Below, one piece after another: positions 10,468 through 20,280 of a stretch of DNA of 64,000 bases. Position numbers and translations under genes: made by a program. Below the pieces are notes generated by a model. That model saw only the letters and a program-made list of their open reading frames with translations. It had not been told where the DNA came from and did not search any database. Position 1 is the stretch's first letter. The number at the start of each line of letters is the position of its first letter. Source of the DNA: Candidatus Hodarchaeota archaeon (GTDB lineage: Archaea > Asgardarchaeota > Lokiarchaeia > Sigyniarchaeales > SOKP01); the NCBI GenBank assembly GCA_048887225.1, contig JBHLJY010000004.1, positions 128,001 to 192,000 of the forward strand, given 5' to 3'.

Positions 10468-10691
10468 TTTATTTCACCCTATTTTCTTTTTAAATCTTAA
10501 TTTTAAAAAATTACATTTGTGTATGATTTTTGATATAAGGTTTTAGATCTTAAAAATTTTGAGAATATATATAGTTTTGACTTAAAAATTAAAAGTACAA
10601 TCATTCTTAAAAGCAATTATTAAAAACAAATAAAAATAAAAAGAATTATAAGACCTTTAATTGAGTATTAACAATATTAATTTGATATTTC

Positions 10692-11789
10692 TTGTATAGA
10701 GTTATTGGAATTGACCCAGGCAGCTTAACATGGGATTTTTTTGGATTAGAAGATAATAATATAATATTAGATACTTCAATACCCTCCAAAGAAATAATGA
10801 AAGATCCCCAAAAAGCTATTACTGTCATAAAATCTGTTGAAAATATTGATTTAATGGTCGCACCGAGCGGATTTGGTCTTCCATTAAAAAATGTAAGTGA
10901 TTTGACGGAAAAAGATATTTTTTTCACATTGTTAAAATTTGAACAAAAGGATAAAGAAAAACTAGTAGGACTCGGAGAAATTTTACGGCTAATAAAATCA
11001 GCAAAAATCCCGGGTATTATTGTTCCAGGAGTTAAACATTTACCAACTGTTCCAAGATATCGAAAAATTAATAAAATTGATATGGGAACCGCCGATAAAT
11101 TATGCACTTCTGTTGTCGGAATTAGAGATCAAATCGAAAGATTTGAGGTAAAACCTGAAAATGTTAATTTCATTCTGGTCGAAGTAGGTTATGGATTTAC
11201 CGCTGTACTTGCAATAGAAAATGGTCAAGTAATTGATGGTATTGGAGGTTCAAACATTATGGGATTTAGAGCCTGTGGCAGTTTAGATGGGGAATTAGCA
11301 TATTTAATTAAAGAGATAAAAAAAAACAATATTTATAAAGGCGGTGTTGCGTCGATTGCTGGCTATTTAGATTTAAGTTTAAAAGAAATAACATTATTAG
11401 CTGAAAAAGACATTCAAATAAAAACTGCCCTTAAAGCTTATATTTCAAGCGTTAAAAAAGCTGTCTTTGGAATCTCTTCCTCTTTTTCAAGTAAAGAAAA
11501 AATATCGGAAATATTATTAGCTGGACGAGGTGCTGAGTTAAATTATTTAAGAGATCGATTCATTCGAGGATTAAAAGATGTTGCACCCGTAAGAGTAATG
11601 AAATCTTATAGTCAAATTGCAAAACGTGCCGCACAAGGCGCTGCTTTTATAGCCAAAGGAATTTTAGGCGAAAACGATCTATTTGAATCAATTATTAATA
11701 ATTTAAAAATCAAAGAAGCTTCCGGTACTATTTTAGACGATATTTTTATACCATTTAATAAAGAAAAATTGATAAGTGATTTAGATTAA
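10692..11789 (+). CDS. DUF1464 family ASKHA-fold (butyrate kinase-like) protein
   Basis: VIGIDPGS, APSGFGLP, PGVKHLPTVP.YRKINKIDMGTADK, DGIGG, LDGELAY. Confidence 0.85.
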   Translation: MYRVIGIDPGSLTWDFFGLEDNNIILDTSIPSKEIMKDPQKAITVIKSVENIDLMVAPSGFGLPLKNVSDLTEKDIFFTLLKFEQKDKEKLVGLGEILRLIKSAKIPGIIVPGVKHLPTVPRYRKINKIDMGTADKLCTSVVGIRDQIERFEVKPENVNFILVEVGYGFTAVLAIENGQVIDGIGGSNIMGFRACGSLDGELAYLIKEIKKNNIYKGGVASIAGYLDLSLKEITLLAEKDIQIKTALKAYISSVKKAVFGISSSFSSKEKISEILLAGRGAELNYLRDRFIRGLKDVAPVRVMKSYSQIAKRAAQGAAFIAKGILGENDLFESIINNLKIKEASGTILDDIFIPFNKEKLISDLD

Positions 11790-13359
11790 TATTCTCATCA
11801 TTACTGGATTAAGAAGTTATCCAACAATTAAGAAAGTAATAAAGCATATTAAGGAGCATAAAATTACCGTAGAAAAAGCTCCTGTATCTATATCTGCCTT
11901 TCTCTCAGAGGAATTAACAGAGACCATCTTAAAAAATAAATCGCTTTCTGAATACATTTTAGTTTTACTTCCAGGATTTGTTCAATGGGATACAACTAAC
12001 TTGGAAAAAAAATTTTCACTAGATATTAGAAAAGGACCTGAATTTGCTTCAGATCTCCCTATCATTATTAAAAATCTTGATAAAATTAATTTATCTAATA
12101 AAATCCCGGCAAACAAATTGTTTGAGATTTCTGGAGAAAAAGAATATGAAAGAATTGTTAAAGAACAGATTGAACGAGCTAAAAATAATATTGGACATCA
12201 TACTTTTTATATCAACGAACAAAAGTCAGATCTTATAATTGGTCGTAATCTCCCTCCACCTATTATAGCAGAAATCGTAAATTGTACGGAAAAAAGCGAT
12301 ACAAACATTATTAGAAAAGCGAAACATTATGTCGGTTCTGGAGCGGACATTATTGATATTGGTTGCGTGTCAAATAAACCAAACCCAGAAAGAGTAAAGC
12401 AAATTCTCAACCTTATAAGAAATAATTTTAATGTCTTAATTAGTATAGATTCGATGGAAACTAATGAAATTATGGCCGCCGTTGATGAGGGAATTGATTT
12501 AATTCTGAGCTTAGATTTAGGGAGTTATAAAAATTTTTTGAACCTTCCCAAAGATATTCCTATTGTTATACTCCCTACAAATGTTAATGCTGGCTATTTC
12601 CCTAAAGATCCCGAAACTCGAGTAAAAAACTTATTTAAATTAACTGAAGAACTACAAAAAAGCGATTTTAAGAAGTTAATTGCTGATCCTTTGTTGGAAA
12701 CACCAATTGCTCCGGGAATTTGTAATTCGTTAGAAACTTATTTTCTTTATAGAAAAAAAATTAAGGAGAAAAAGTACCTATCGATGGAATTACCACAATT
12801 TTTTGGAATTTCTAATGTTATTGAGTTAATGGATATTGATTCTGTTGGAATAAATGGTTTATTAGCAAGCATAGCGGTTGAATTAGATATGGGAATATTA
12901 TTTACAGTTGAACATAGCACAAAATTAATGGGGGGTGTTTCTGAATTAAAAGAAAGCGTTAAGCTAAATTATATCTCTAAATATAAGAAAACACCCCCAA
13001 TCAATCAAGGAATATCTGGAGTTTTTAAGGCAAAGGGCAAGACCGCCCAAGAAACACCAAAAATCTACGAAAAAGATGCGATTATAGTAGATCAATTGAA
13101 TCCAGAATATATACCAGACGAAAAAGGATACTTTAAAATTTATATTAATCATTACGTAGGCAATATTTATGTATTGCATTTTTCTAATGATCATAAATTA
13201 CTTCATACTTTAATTGGGACAAATGCGGAAGCATTAAGTAAAAAGGCAATCGAAATGAACATTACTAACAATATTCAGCATTTAAACTATTTAGGTAGAG
13301 AACTCAGTAAAGCGGAATTTTCTCTATTCTTGGGTAAACCTTATATTCAAGATGTATAA
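11785..13359 (+). CDS. dihydropteroate synthase-like protein with N-terminal Orf20-type domain and C-terminal DUF4346 domain; ATT start
   Basis: Open frame from ATT 11785: INILIITG...ISAFL...VLLPG..QWD..LEKK...KGP.FASDLP; pterin barrel GADIIDIG, ISIDS, LIADP, N..ELMDIDSVGINGLL; C-terminal D.KGYFKI...HLNYLGRELSKAE...Y.QD. Confidence 0.85.
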   Translation: MNILIITGLRSYPTIKKVIKHIKEHKITVEKAPVSISAFLSEELTETILKNKSLSEYILVLLPGFVQWDTTNLEKKFSLDIRKGPEFASDLPIIIKNLDKINLSNKIPANKLFEISGEKEYERIVKEQIERAKNNIGHHTFYINEQKSDLIIGRNLPPPIIAEIVNCTEKSDTNIIRKAKHYVGSGADIIDIGCVSNKPNPERVKQILNLIRNNFNVLISIDSMETNEIMAAVDEGIDLILSLDLGSYKNFLNLPKDIPIVILPTNVNAGYFPKDPETRVKNLFKLTEELQKSDFKKLIADPLLETPIAPGICNSLETYFLYRKKIKEKKYLSMELPQFFGISNVIELMDIDSVGINGLLASIAVELDMGILFTVEHSTKLMGGVSELKESVKLNYISKYKKTPPINQGISGVFKAKGKTAQETPKIYEKDAIIVDQLNPEYIPDEKGYFKIYINHYVGNIYVLHFSNDHKLLHTLIGTNAEALSKKAIEMNITNNIQHLNYLGRELSKAEFSLFLGKPYIQDV

Positions 13360-13381
13360 ATATGAAAAAATAAAAAAAAAA

Positions 13382-13672
13382 TTATATTATTTCAAAACAA
13401 GTTTTCATATCCAATCCTGGCTCCAAAAGTGGTGTAAATTTTTCCATCGTTTTTCCTAAATTTGCCATATGTAATTTTAAAGCGGTATCGTCAGCGTACT
13501 TTTCGTAAAAAATTATTGTTCTCTTCTCTTTTACTCCCTTTACGGTATGTGCAACATATTCTAAGGTTCCTTGCTCAGTTTCTTTTACTTTTGGGATAAT
13601 TTCTTTCAAAACCTCAATGGCTTCTTCCATTTTTCCTTCTTTTACTTTTACGGAGGCAATTACAGTCACCAT
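13382..13672 (-). CDS. ABM-fold putative quinol monooxygenase
   Basis: VIASVKVKEGK..EA...E.GTLEY...FYEKYAD..AL..H; SD GGTGA upstream. Confidence 0.85.
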   Translation of the reverse strand: MVTVIASVKVKEGKMEEAIEVLKEIIPKVKETEQGTLEYVAHTVKGVKEKRTIIFYEKYADDTALKLHMANLGKTMEKFTPLLEPGLDMKTCFEII

Positions 13673-13735
13673 TTAATTAATCACCTTTTTTATGATATAA
13701 ATTATTAATTATTATTATTAATTTAAATAATTTTA

Positions 13736-15106
13736 ATGGGTAAGAAAAAAAAATTAATTTCTGTAATTTTCATAATCCTTTTAATTATAGGGATCGGAGT
13801 CCTTCTCAGATATATAACACTTTTCTACGATTCCTTCTGTTTTAAGAATTTTAATTGCGATCCCAACTGGGAAGAACCTGAATATTATAAAGATGGTATA
13901 GCTGATAGCTTGGTTGAGGAATGTGCTCGATACGCGGCTGATTATCTCGTTTTTAATCAATATTGTAATGGTAAATTTAGATATCTTTATGATGCAGAAG
14001 ATGACGAGTACGACGATTCAGAATATAATATTGTGAGACATGCTGGAACGTGTTATGCTCTATTAGATCTATATAAAGAATTAGACGAGGAGCGATATTT
14101 GCAAGCTGGAGTTGCTGGTTTGGATTATTTATGTTCATTTACTCATATGATCTCATGGGATAAATGGGCAATTGATTGGGGTGATAAAATAAAAGTTGGA
14201 ACTACCTCACTTGCTATATTAGGAATGGTCCGTTATTGGGAGGCTACGGGAAATGAAAATTATAATATCTATGTCGAGAATTTCGCGAATTTTATCGTTT
14301 CTCAGCAAAGAGATGATGGAGCGTTTGCTGGAATTTACGGAGAGCGCAAAGAAAACAAATACTATTCGGGAGAAGCATTTTTTGCTCTCGCTATGGCCTA
14401 TGATATGCTTGAGGATAGAAGCTATCGTAGAGCAATGAAAGATGCTCTTAATTATTATTGGTCAGAAGATTATGAATACAACGATGCTGCTTTTATCCCT
14501 TGGGCTTCGTCAGGTTGCGCAAAATGGTATGAATTAACTGATTATCCTAAATTTCGAGATTTCTGCTTTAATATGACTGATACTCAAGTTTCTAGACAAA
14601 ATTTAGTATATGAATTGGATGAGCTTGGAAATGAACTCTATGGTTATATTCTAGGCCCTACAGTAAACACAGGAGTGTATTTAGAAGGTATAGGAGACGC
14701 TTTAAGAATTGCAAAATTAGTAGATGATTATAAACGAATTGCGAAATACACCAATAGCCTAAAATCGGGAATAGAATGGGTGTTATCACTTCAATTTCGA
14801 AAAAAATCGCAATTAGCTTGTCCGAATAGAGGATTTGGTGGATTTCATAATGGTTTTACTATAAAACATGCCAATCACATTCGTATAGATTATAATCAAC
14901 ACGCAATATCTGCCATATTAAGAGTTTTAAGAGAATTTAGCGACGCAGAAATCGAAGCAATTCAAATTCGAGATGGTATTGTTGATTTTGATCCTGAACG
15001 CAGTGATCAACCATTCAATTTGATAGAAATTATACCTCTAATCGTTGTATTGGTAATCATACCACTCTTATTTATATATTGTTATATGAATAAATACTTA
15101 TTTTAA
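13736..15106 (+). CDS. membrane-anchored extracellular alpha/alpha-toroid (six-hairpin glycosidase/prenyltransferase-like) protein
   Basis: N- and C-terminal TM helices; aromatic helical repeats; YNIVRHAGT, SQQRDDGAF, YYSGEA, IRIDYNQH. Confidence 0.55.
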   Translation: MGKKKKLISVIFIILLIIGIGVLLRYITLFYDSFCFKNFNCDPNWEEPEYYKDGIADSLVEECARYAADYLVFNQYCNGKFRYLYDAEDDEYDDSEYNIVRHAGTCYALLDLYKELDEERYLQAGVAGLDYLCSFTHMISWDKWAIDWGDKIKVGTTSLAILGMVRYWEATGNENYNIYVENFANFIVSQQRDDGAFAGIYGERKENKYYSGEAFFALAMAYDMLEDRSYRRAMKDALNYYWSEDYEYNDAAFIPWASSGCAKWYELTDYPKFRDFCFNMTDTQVSRQNLVYELDELGNELYGYILGPTVNTGVYLEGIGDALRIAKLVDDYKRIAKYTNSLKSGIEWVLSLQFRKKSQLACPNRGFGGFHNGFTIKHANHIRIDYNQHAISAILRVLREFSDAEIEAIQIRDGIVDFDPERSDQPFNLIEIIPLIVVLVIIPLLFIYCYMNKYLF

Positions 15107-15148
15107 AAATTATTAAATTAAACTTTTTTAAAGAAAAAAGTGAGTTAT

Positions 15149-16276
15149 TTAATAATATTTTATGATATTATAAACAGTATCTCTTTGAGCAGGACGTTTA
15201 CCAGCGGATTTAATAATATTTATAATTTCATTAGGAGACAAATATTCTCCATATTTCGCACCGGCGCTTTTCGATATATTTTCTTCCATGATAGTGCCTG
15301 AAAAATCGTTAACACCGTAATTTAAAGAAACTTGAGCAAATTTCGGACCTAATTTTACCCATGAAGTTTGGATGTTATCAATATAGTTGTTTAAAAACAA
15401 TCGGGAAACACAGAACAGCTTTAAATCTGCTATTCCATAACTATGCTTAATCGGATACTCTTGTTTTAGTAATACTGAATTTTCTTTGACAAAAGGTAAT
15501 GGAACAAATTCGGTAAAACCTTGAGTTTCTCGTTGGATATTCCTCAATATTTCTAAATGTGCAATTCTATCTTTTAAATCTTCGATATGACCGTACATAA
15601 TAGTTGATGTAGTTGGAATACCTAAATTATGAGCTGTTGTAATAATCTCTTTCCATTGAGATATGGACACTTTATTTGGACAGACAATTTTTCTTATTTT
15701 TTCAACTAATATTTCTGCGGCCGTTCCTGGTATTGAATCTAAACCAGCGTTCTGCAATTCCTTTAATGTATTTTCAATCGTATCACCATACAATTGAGCC
15801 ATATAAAATATTTCTTGAGGCGAAAAAGCGTGGGTATGAATCCTTCTATCAACATTTTTGACGGTTTTCAAAATATCCAAATAGAATTCAAAATCTACTT
15901 CAGGGTTTATCCCCCCTTGAATACATACTTCAGTGCAATTATTATTTTTTGCTTCGATGACTTTATCTTTAATTTCATCAATCGTTAATAAAAATCCTAA
16001 ATTTTTATCGGGAACGCTAAAACAACAAAATTTACAACCTTGAAAACAGATATCTGTAAAATTTATGTTTCGATTTATTACAAAAGTTACTAAGTTTTTC
16101 TTTTTCTTAAAACAAAGTGTATCAGCGATATTTTGTAAGGCAATGAATTCCTTTCCAGTAACTTTAAGTAACTCAAAGCCTTCTTCTGCCGTTAAATCTT
16201 CTTCTGAATTGAGAGCTTTCTTTAGAATTAATTTAATTTTAGGTTTGATATGCTTAAAAAGCTCAGATTTTAGCAT
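15149..16276 (-). CDS. cofH: FO synthase subunit CofH
   Basis: VINRNINFTDICFQGCKFC, EVCIQGG, PGTAAEIL, TIMYGH, FTEFVPLPF, NIQTSWVKLG. Confidence 0.93.
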   Translation of the reverse strand: MLKSELFKHIKPKIKLILKKALNSEEDLTAEEGFELLKVTGKEFIALQNIADTLCFKKKKNLVTFVINRNINFTDICFQGCKFCCFSVPDKNLGFLLTIDEIKDKVIEAKNNNCTEVCIQGGINPEVDFEFYLDILKTVKNVDRRIHTHAFSPQEIFYMAQLYGDTIENTLKELQNAGLDSIPGTAAEILVEKIRKIVCPNKVSISQWKEIITTAHNLGIPTTSTIMYGHIEDLKDRIAHLEILRNIQRETQGFTEFVPLPFVKENSVLLKQEYPIKHSYGIADLKLFCVSRLFLNNYIDNIQTSWVKLGPKFAQVSLNYGVNDFSGTIMEENISKSAGAKYGEYLSPNEIINIIKSAGKRPAQRDTVYNIIKYY

Positions 16277-17377
16277 TTAAACTAGACTCTCAATTCTTTT
16301 TTTAATACTTAAGGCACAAAATTCGCTCTTTTTTATAAATTTATTGTAGATAGGAAGTCTTTCTTTAAGTATATAATCTAATTTTTTACAAATTTGATTT
16401 ATATCATCAATTTGCGGCCAAGGCATATTAGGATTAATATAATCTATAGTGAATGGCGATATTCCTCCAAAATCATCAATGCCCATTTCAATAAAATCCT
16501 TTTCAAACCCAGAGATTAAATTTGGTGGAACTTGAACAGCAATTTCGTTTTCAAAAATTACTTTTGCTATACCAGTTATTTTCAACAAATCTTCAATCGA
16601 AAGTGTATTTTCTGGATGATATTTAATCCCCTTTTTATATACAAAATTTTGAAGTATAACTTCTTGGATATGGCCATAGTTCTCGTGTATTTTTTTAATT
16701 AAATATAGATCATTAACTCTATTTTCAAATGTTTCTCCAATTCCTAGTAATAATCCAGTAGTAAACGGAATTTTTAACTTGCCAGCATCTTCAATATGTC
16801 TTATTCTATTTTGAGGTAGCTTACCAAGAGAAAATTCGTGAACTCCTCCTTTCTTGAAAAGTTCCATACTCGTACTTTCCAACATTAATCCCATACTAGC
16901 GCTACAATTTTTTAAATCTTTTAAATCCTCGTAAGTAAGTAAACCTATATTAACATGTGGTAAAAGATTCAAATTCAATAACTTTTTACATATATCTTTA
17001 ATAAATTCTATATAATCGCTGCAATTTCTTTTATCTAATTCTTTTTTAACTTCTTCAAAACTATCAGGACGTTCTCCAGACATCAAAAGAGCTTCTTTAC
17101 AATTATACCTTAAAGCTTTCTGGATTAATTTTGTCAGTTGATCGTTATTCAATAATATTATATTTTCATTACTGTTTATTTTAGGCACTTTGTAGTTATA
17201 AAAACAATATCCGCAAAAGTTTTGACAATAATTAGAAAGAGAAATAGTAAAGTTCTTAGAGAAGGTGATTATGTTTTTCTCTTCTTTAGGGAGTTGTTCT
17301 TTAATCTCCTTTACTTTTTCTTTTAATTTTTTAATTGATAAACTGTTAAAATCATTTATATCTATTATTTTATTCAC
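16277..17377 (-). CDS. cofG: FO synthase subunit CofG
   Basis: ITFSKN, CQNFCGYC, LLPHVNIG, SMGLMLE, IPFTTGLLLGIGE, QEVILQNF, QVPPNL, DDFGGISP. Confidence 0.93.
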   Translation of the reverse strand: MNKIIDINDFNSLSIKKLKEKVKEIKEQLPKEEKNIITFSKNFTISLSNYCQNFCGYCFYNYKVPKINSNENIILLNNDQLTKLIQKALRYNCKEALLMSGERPDSFEEVKKELDKRNCSDYIEFIKDICKKLLNLNLLPHVNIGLLTYEDLKDLKNCSASMGLMLESTSMELFKKGGVHEFSLGKLPQNRIRHIEDAGKLKIPFTTGLLLGIGETFENRVNDLYLIKKIHENYGHIQEVILQNFVYKKGIKYHPENTLSIEDLLKITGIAKVIFENEIAVQVPPNLISGFEKDFIEMGIDDFGGISPFTIDYINPNMPWPQIDDINQICKKLDYILKERLPIYNKFIKKSEFCALSIKKRIESLV

Positions 17378-18045
17378 TATTCGTATTTTTTATATTTTAA
17401 AATAACATAATTATCCCTATTAATAACACCAATTAAATTAAATCGTGGAGCGTGAACCATTTTATCGAAACCATCACCTTCAGCTAAACTGATAGCATTT
17501 TTTCCTCCTATAATCCAAGGCGCAATAGTTATTCTCATTTCATCTACTAAATTATTCTTAATAAAACTCCAATTTAAATTCCCTCCTCCTTCTAATAAAA
17601 TCGATTTTATACCTAAATCATATAAGAGGGGCATAAGGTTTACTATATCAACTTTGTTTCCTTTTCCTGATTGAATTATTTTTACGTTTTTGCCTTCAAA
17701 TTCTTTAATTTTTTCGGCAGGGGTATTTTCAGTTGTACATATAATTGTTGGATAGATTTCAGGTTGAAAATTAATTACATTTGAATCAATTGGTATAGAT
17801 AAATTGCTATCTATTACAATCCGATAATATCCGCTATGCTCGTAAAATTTAATATGGAGTTTTGGATTATCCTTCAATATAGTTCCCTTTCCAACCATAA
17901 TTGCATCTACATTCGCACGAATTTTATGGACTTCTCGCCAATCTTTTTCATCGGATAGTTCAGGATCACCCGTCTTTGAAGCAATTTTACCATCAATCGT
18001 CATTGCTGCGCTTAAAATTACATAAGGTTTATTAACTTCTTTCAA
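17377..18045 (-). CDS. arfC: 2,5-diamino-6-(ribosylamino)-4(3H)-pyrimidinone 5'-phosphate reductase (stand-alone RibD-C domain)
   Basis: PYVILSAAMTIDGKIA, DAIMVGKGT..DNP.L, LLEGGG, LVDE; no deaminase domain. Confidence 0.9.
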   Translation of the reverse strand: MKEVNKPYVILSAAMTIDGKIASKTGDPELSDEKDWREVHKIRANVDAIMVGKGTILKDNPKLHIKFYEHSGYYRIVIDSNLSIPIDSNVINFQPEIYPTIICTTENTPAEKIKEFEGKNVKIIQSGKGNKVDIVNLMPLLYDLGIKSILLEGGGNLNWSFIKNNLVDEMRITIAPWIIGGKNAISLAEGDGFDKMVHAPRFNLIGVINRDNYVILKYKKYE

Positions 18046-19201
18046 ATACTAATTCTCCCTTTATATATGTTTTTTTTATATTTTCGGATTTTGTTCTTTG
18101 AGTGATTAAGTTAAAGATCTTATCATTATCTAAATTATATGAATAGAGATTAGGGTCATTCAGGTCAATCATAAAAAGATCGGCTGACTTACCTTCTGAG
18201 ATCGAGCCAAATTTATTTTCAATGTTGAAATTTTTTGCAGCGTTAATAGTTACCATTTTTAATAAATCTTTAGAGGTTAATTGGATATTTTTATCATAGC
18301 TACATAAGACTCTCGAAATTCTGTATAAATATCGCAATTCTTCAAATAAATCAGAATTATTAACCATTAAGTTATCTGTTCCTAGTGATATAGGAATTTC
18401 CAATCGCAAAATTTCTGTAATAGGAGGAAACCCCGATCCAAAATATCCATTACATCGGGGACATAGAATTAATGACTTTTTTCTCTTTTTTATTTTTTCT
18501 AAATCTTCTTTTATGAATTTAGTTCCATGGACTATTACATCAACAAGATCATCGCTAACCATACTTTTTATTAAATTAATATTACGATTGTTTTCAGCAC
18601 AATGACAAGCAATTATTTTTTTGAATTTGCGTTTAGAATCTATTATCCATTTTTTATTTGTTTCTGTTATTTGGTGATAACTTGCTAATCCAACTCCATC
18701 TGCTAGATCAAAAATAGATTCTATTTCACTCTCATCCTCGAATCGTCCTAAGATTAAATAATTTATGGGACTTTGCTTTAAAGCATTTTTCAAAACATTT
18801 ACACCATCAATCCCTCCTTCTCTAAAATCAATAAAATAAATGATTCCATTTGAGAGCATTTCTAAAGCAGCATTTTGAATACCTTTAATTTTAATATCTT
18901 CTGGAGTTTGTCTAAGTAGTTTATGCTTAAGACCAAAAGGAGGTGCTACAATCTCATGTAAATCTTTATTAAATCCCATTTCTTTAGCAAAATTGTCAGC
19001 AATATGGATATGAGAATTAATCAAGCCCGGTATCATTAAAAAATTTTTATTTTCAGGTGTAATATCTAATATTTTTCCCGGATTTTCAAAATCTATATTT
19101 AAAATTTTTCCTTCTTTATCGAATTCCAAATATACATTCTCTTTTAAGTCTAAATTTTCTCCTATGAGACCAAATTTGCTAAAAATTTGAGAACTAGGCA
19201 T
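18032..19201 (-). CDS. metal-dependent amidohydrolase (deaminase-like)
   Basis: PGLINSHIHIAD, DFREGG, HCAE, VHGT, CPRCN, LGTDN, TINAA, G.SADL. Confidence 0.85.
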   Translation of the reverse strand: MPSSQIFSKFGLIGENLDLKENVYLEFDKEGKILNIDFENPGKILDITPENKNFLMIPGLINSHIHIADNFAKEMGFNKDLHEIVAPPFGLKHKLLRQTPEDIKIKGIQNAALEMLSNGIIYFIDFREGGIDGVNVLKNALKQSPINYLILGRFEDESEIESIFDLADGVGLASYHQITETNKKWIIDSKRKFKKIIACHCAENNRNINLIKSMVSDDLVDVIVHGTKFIKEDLEKIKKRKKSLILCPRCNGYFGSGFPPITEILRLEIPISLGTDNLMVNNSDLFEELRYLYRISRVLCSYDKNIQLTSKDLLKMVTINAAKNFNIENKFGSISEGKSADLFMIDLNDPNLYSYNLDNDKIFNLITQRTKSENIKKTYIKGELVFERS

Positions 19202-19325
19202 TTATTACTTGAAGTTTTAAAGAGTGTATTAAAAAATAATATAATTTAATATTAAATTATAATTAATTAGAGCAAAAAAAAAATTAACTTATCTATATCG
19301 GTGGCACATTATTCCTGATTTCAAG

Positions 19326-20273
19326 ATGGATTTACAAAGTTCAAAACCTTCATCGATAGATTTACCACTTGATAAAGTTGGTATTGTAGGTCTAGAAAAA
19401 AAAGTTGAAATTGTACAAGAAAATAAAAAATATTCATTTTATCCTAGAATTTCTGCTTTAATTTCTCTTCCAGGGCAACAACGTGGAATCCATATGTCTA
19501 GAACCTCAGAGACTATCGAAGAAGTTATAAATGAAGTTATTTTTGATCCTACTCCTACTATTGAGTTTGTAGCCTATAGAATTGTAAAGAAATTGTTAGA
19601 GTATCATCACTACTCTAAAAAAGCAGAAGTGAAATTAGAAGGAAAAATCATTGTCCAACTCAGGGAAAGCGAAAAAAGAAATATCCAGAAAGCTTACAAT
19701 ATTAGTTCTTATGTAAGAGCAGAAAGAAAAGATTCTGGAGAAATTGACTATAATTATTATATCGGAGCAAGCGCTGTTGGCATAACTGTCTGTCCATGCG
19801 CTAAAGAAATGTCTCAAGAATATTCTGCAGAATTTATTAAAACTAGAAAAGATATCAACATTTCTGACGAAGACATTAAAAAATTGATTAACATTTTACC
19901 TTTTTCCTCACACAATCAGCGTTCTAGGGGAACCATTACTGTCCAAATTAAAGATTTAGAAAGTCATAAGATTGATGTTTTAGACATTATCGATATTATT
20001 GAAGAGAGTATGAGTGGTAAAATACAAAGTGTTTTAAAAAGACCAGAAGAAGCTGAATTAGTTAGAACTGCTCATCTTAAGCCATTGTTTTCTGAAGATG
20101 TTGTAAGAGAAATGGCTAAAAATTTTGTAGCGAAAAATTTTCCGAATTTAGAAGACGATTTTGAAATTGTATTCAAAATAGAATCAGAAGAATCAATCCA
20201 TCCTCATAATGTTTACGCTGAACTAAAAACTACCATAGGAAAGCTAAAAAGAAAAATTAAAAGCATAATTTAG
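19326..20273 (+). CDS. mptA: GTP cyclohydrolase IV (FolE2 family)
   Basis: DLQ, VGIVGL, QRGIHMSR, TVCPCA, SHNQR, LKRPEE, FSEDVVRE, ESIHPHN. Confidence 0.92.
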   Translation: MDLQSSKPSSIDLPLDKVGIVGLEKKVEIVQENKKYSFYPRISALISLPGQQRGIHMSRTSETIEEVINEVIFDPTPTIEFVAYRIVKKLLEYHHYSKKAEVKLEGKIIVQLRESEKRNIQKAYNISSYVRAERKDSGEIDYNYYIGASAVGITVCPCAKEMSQEYSAEFIKTRKDINISDEDIKKLINILPFSSHNQRSRGTITVQIKDLESHKIDVLDIIDIIEESMSGKIQSVLKRPEEAELVRTAHLKPLFSEDVVREMAKNFVAKNFPNLEDDFEIVFKIESEESIHPHNVYAELKTTIGKLKRKIKSII

Positions 20274-20280
20274 AATTCTC

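Noticed and set aside
1307-10691. Mobile element or prophage boundaries around the GRE block
   Set aside because: No integrase, transposase, tRNA target or direct repeats seen.
11776-11787. In-frame GTG ATT TAG before the DHPS-like gene, suggesting amber (pyrrolysine) readthrough
   Set aside because: The family N-terminus begins right after the TAG and the GTG lies within the SD-like AAGTGA. An ATT start is simpler and recurs elsewhere in the window.
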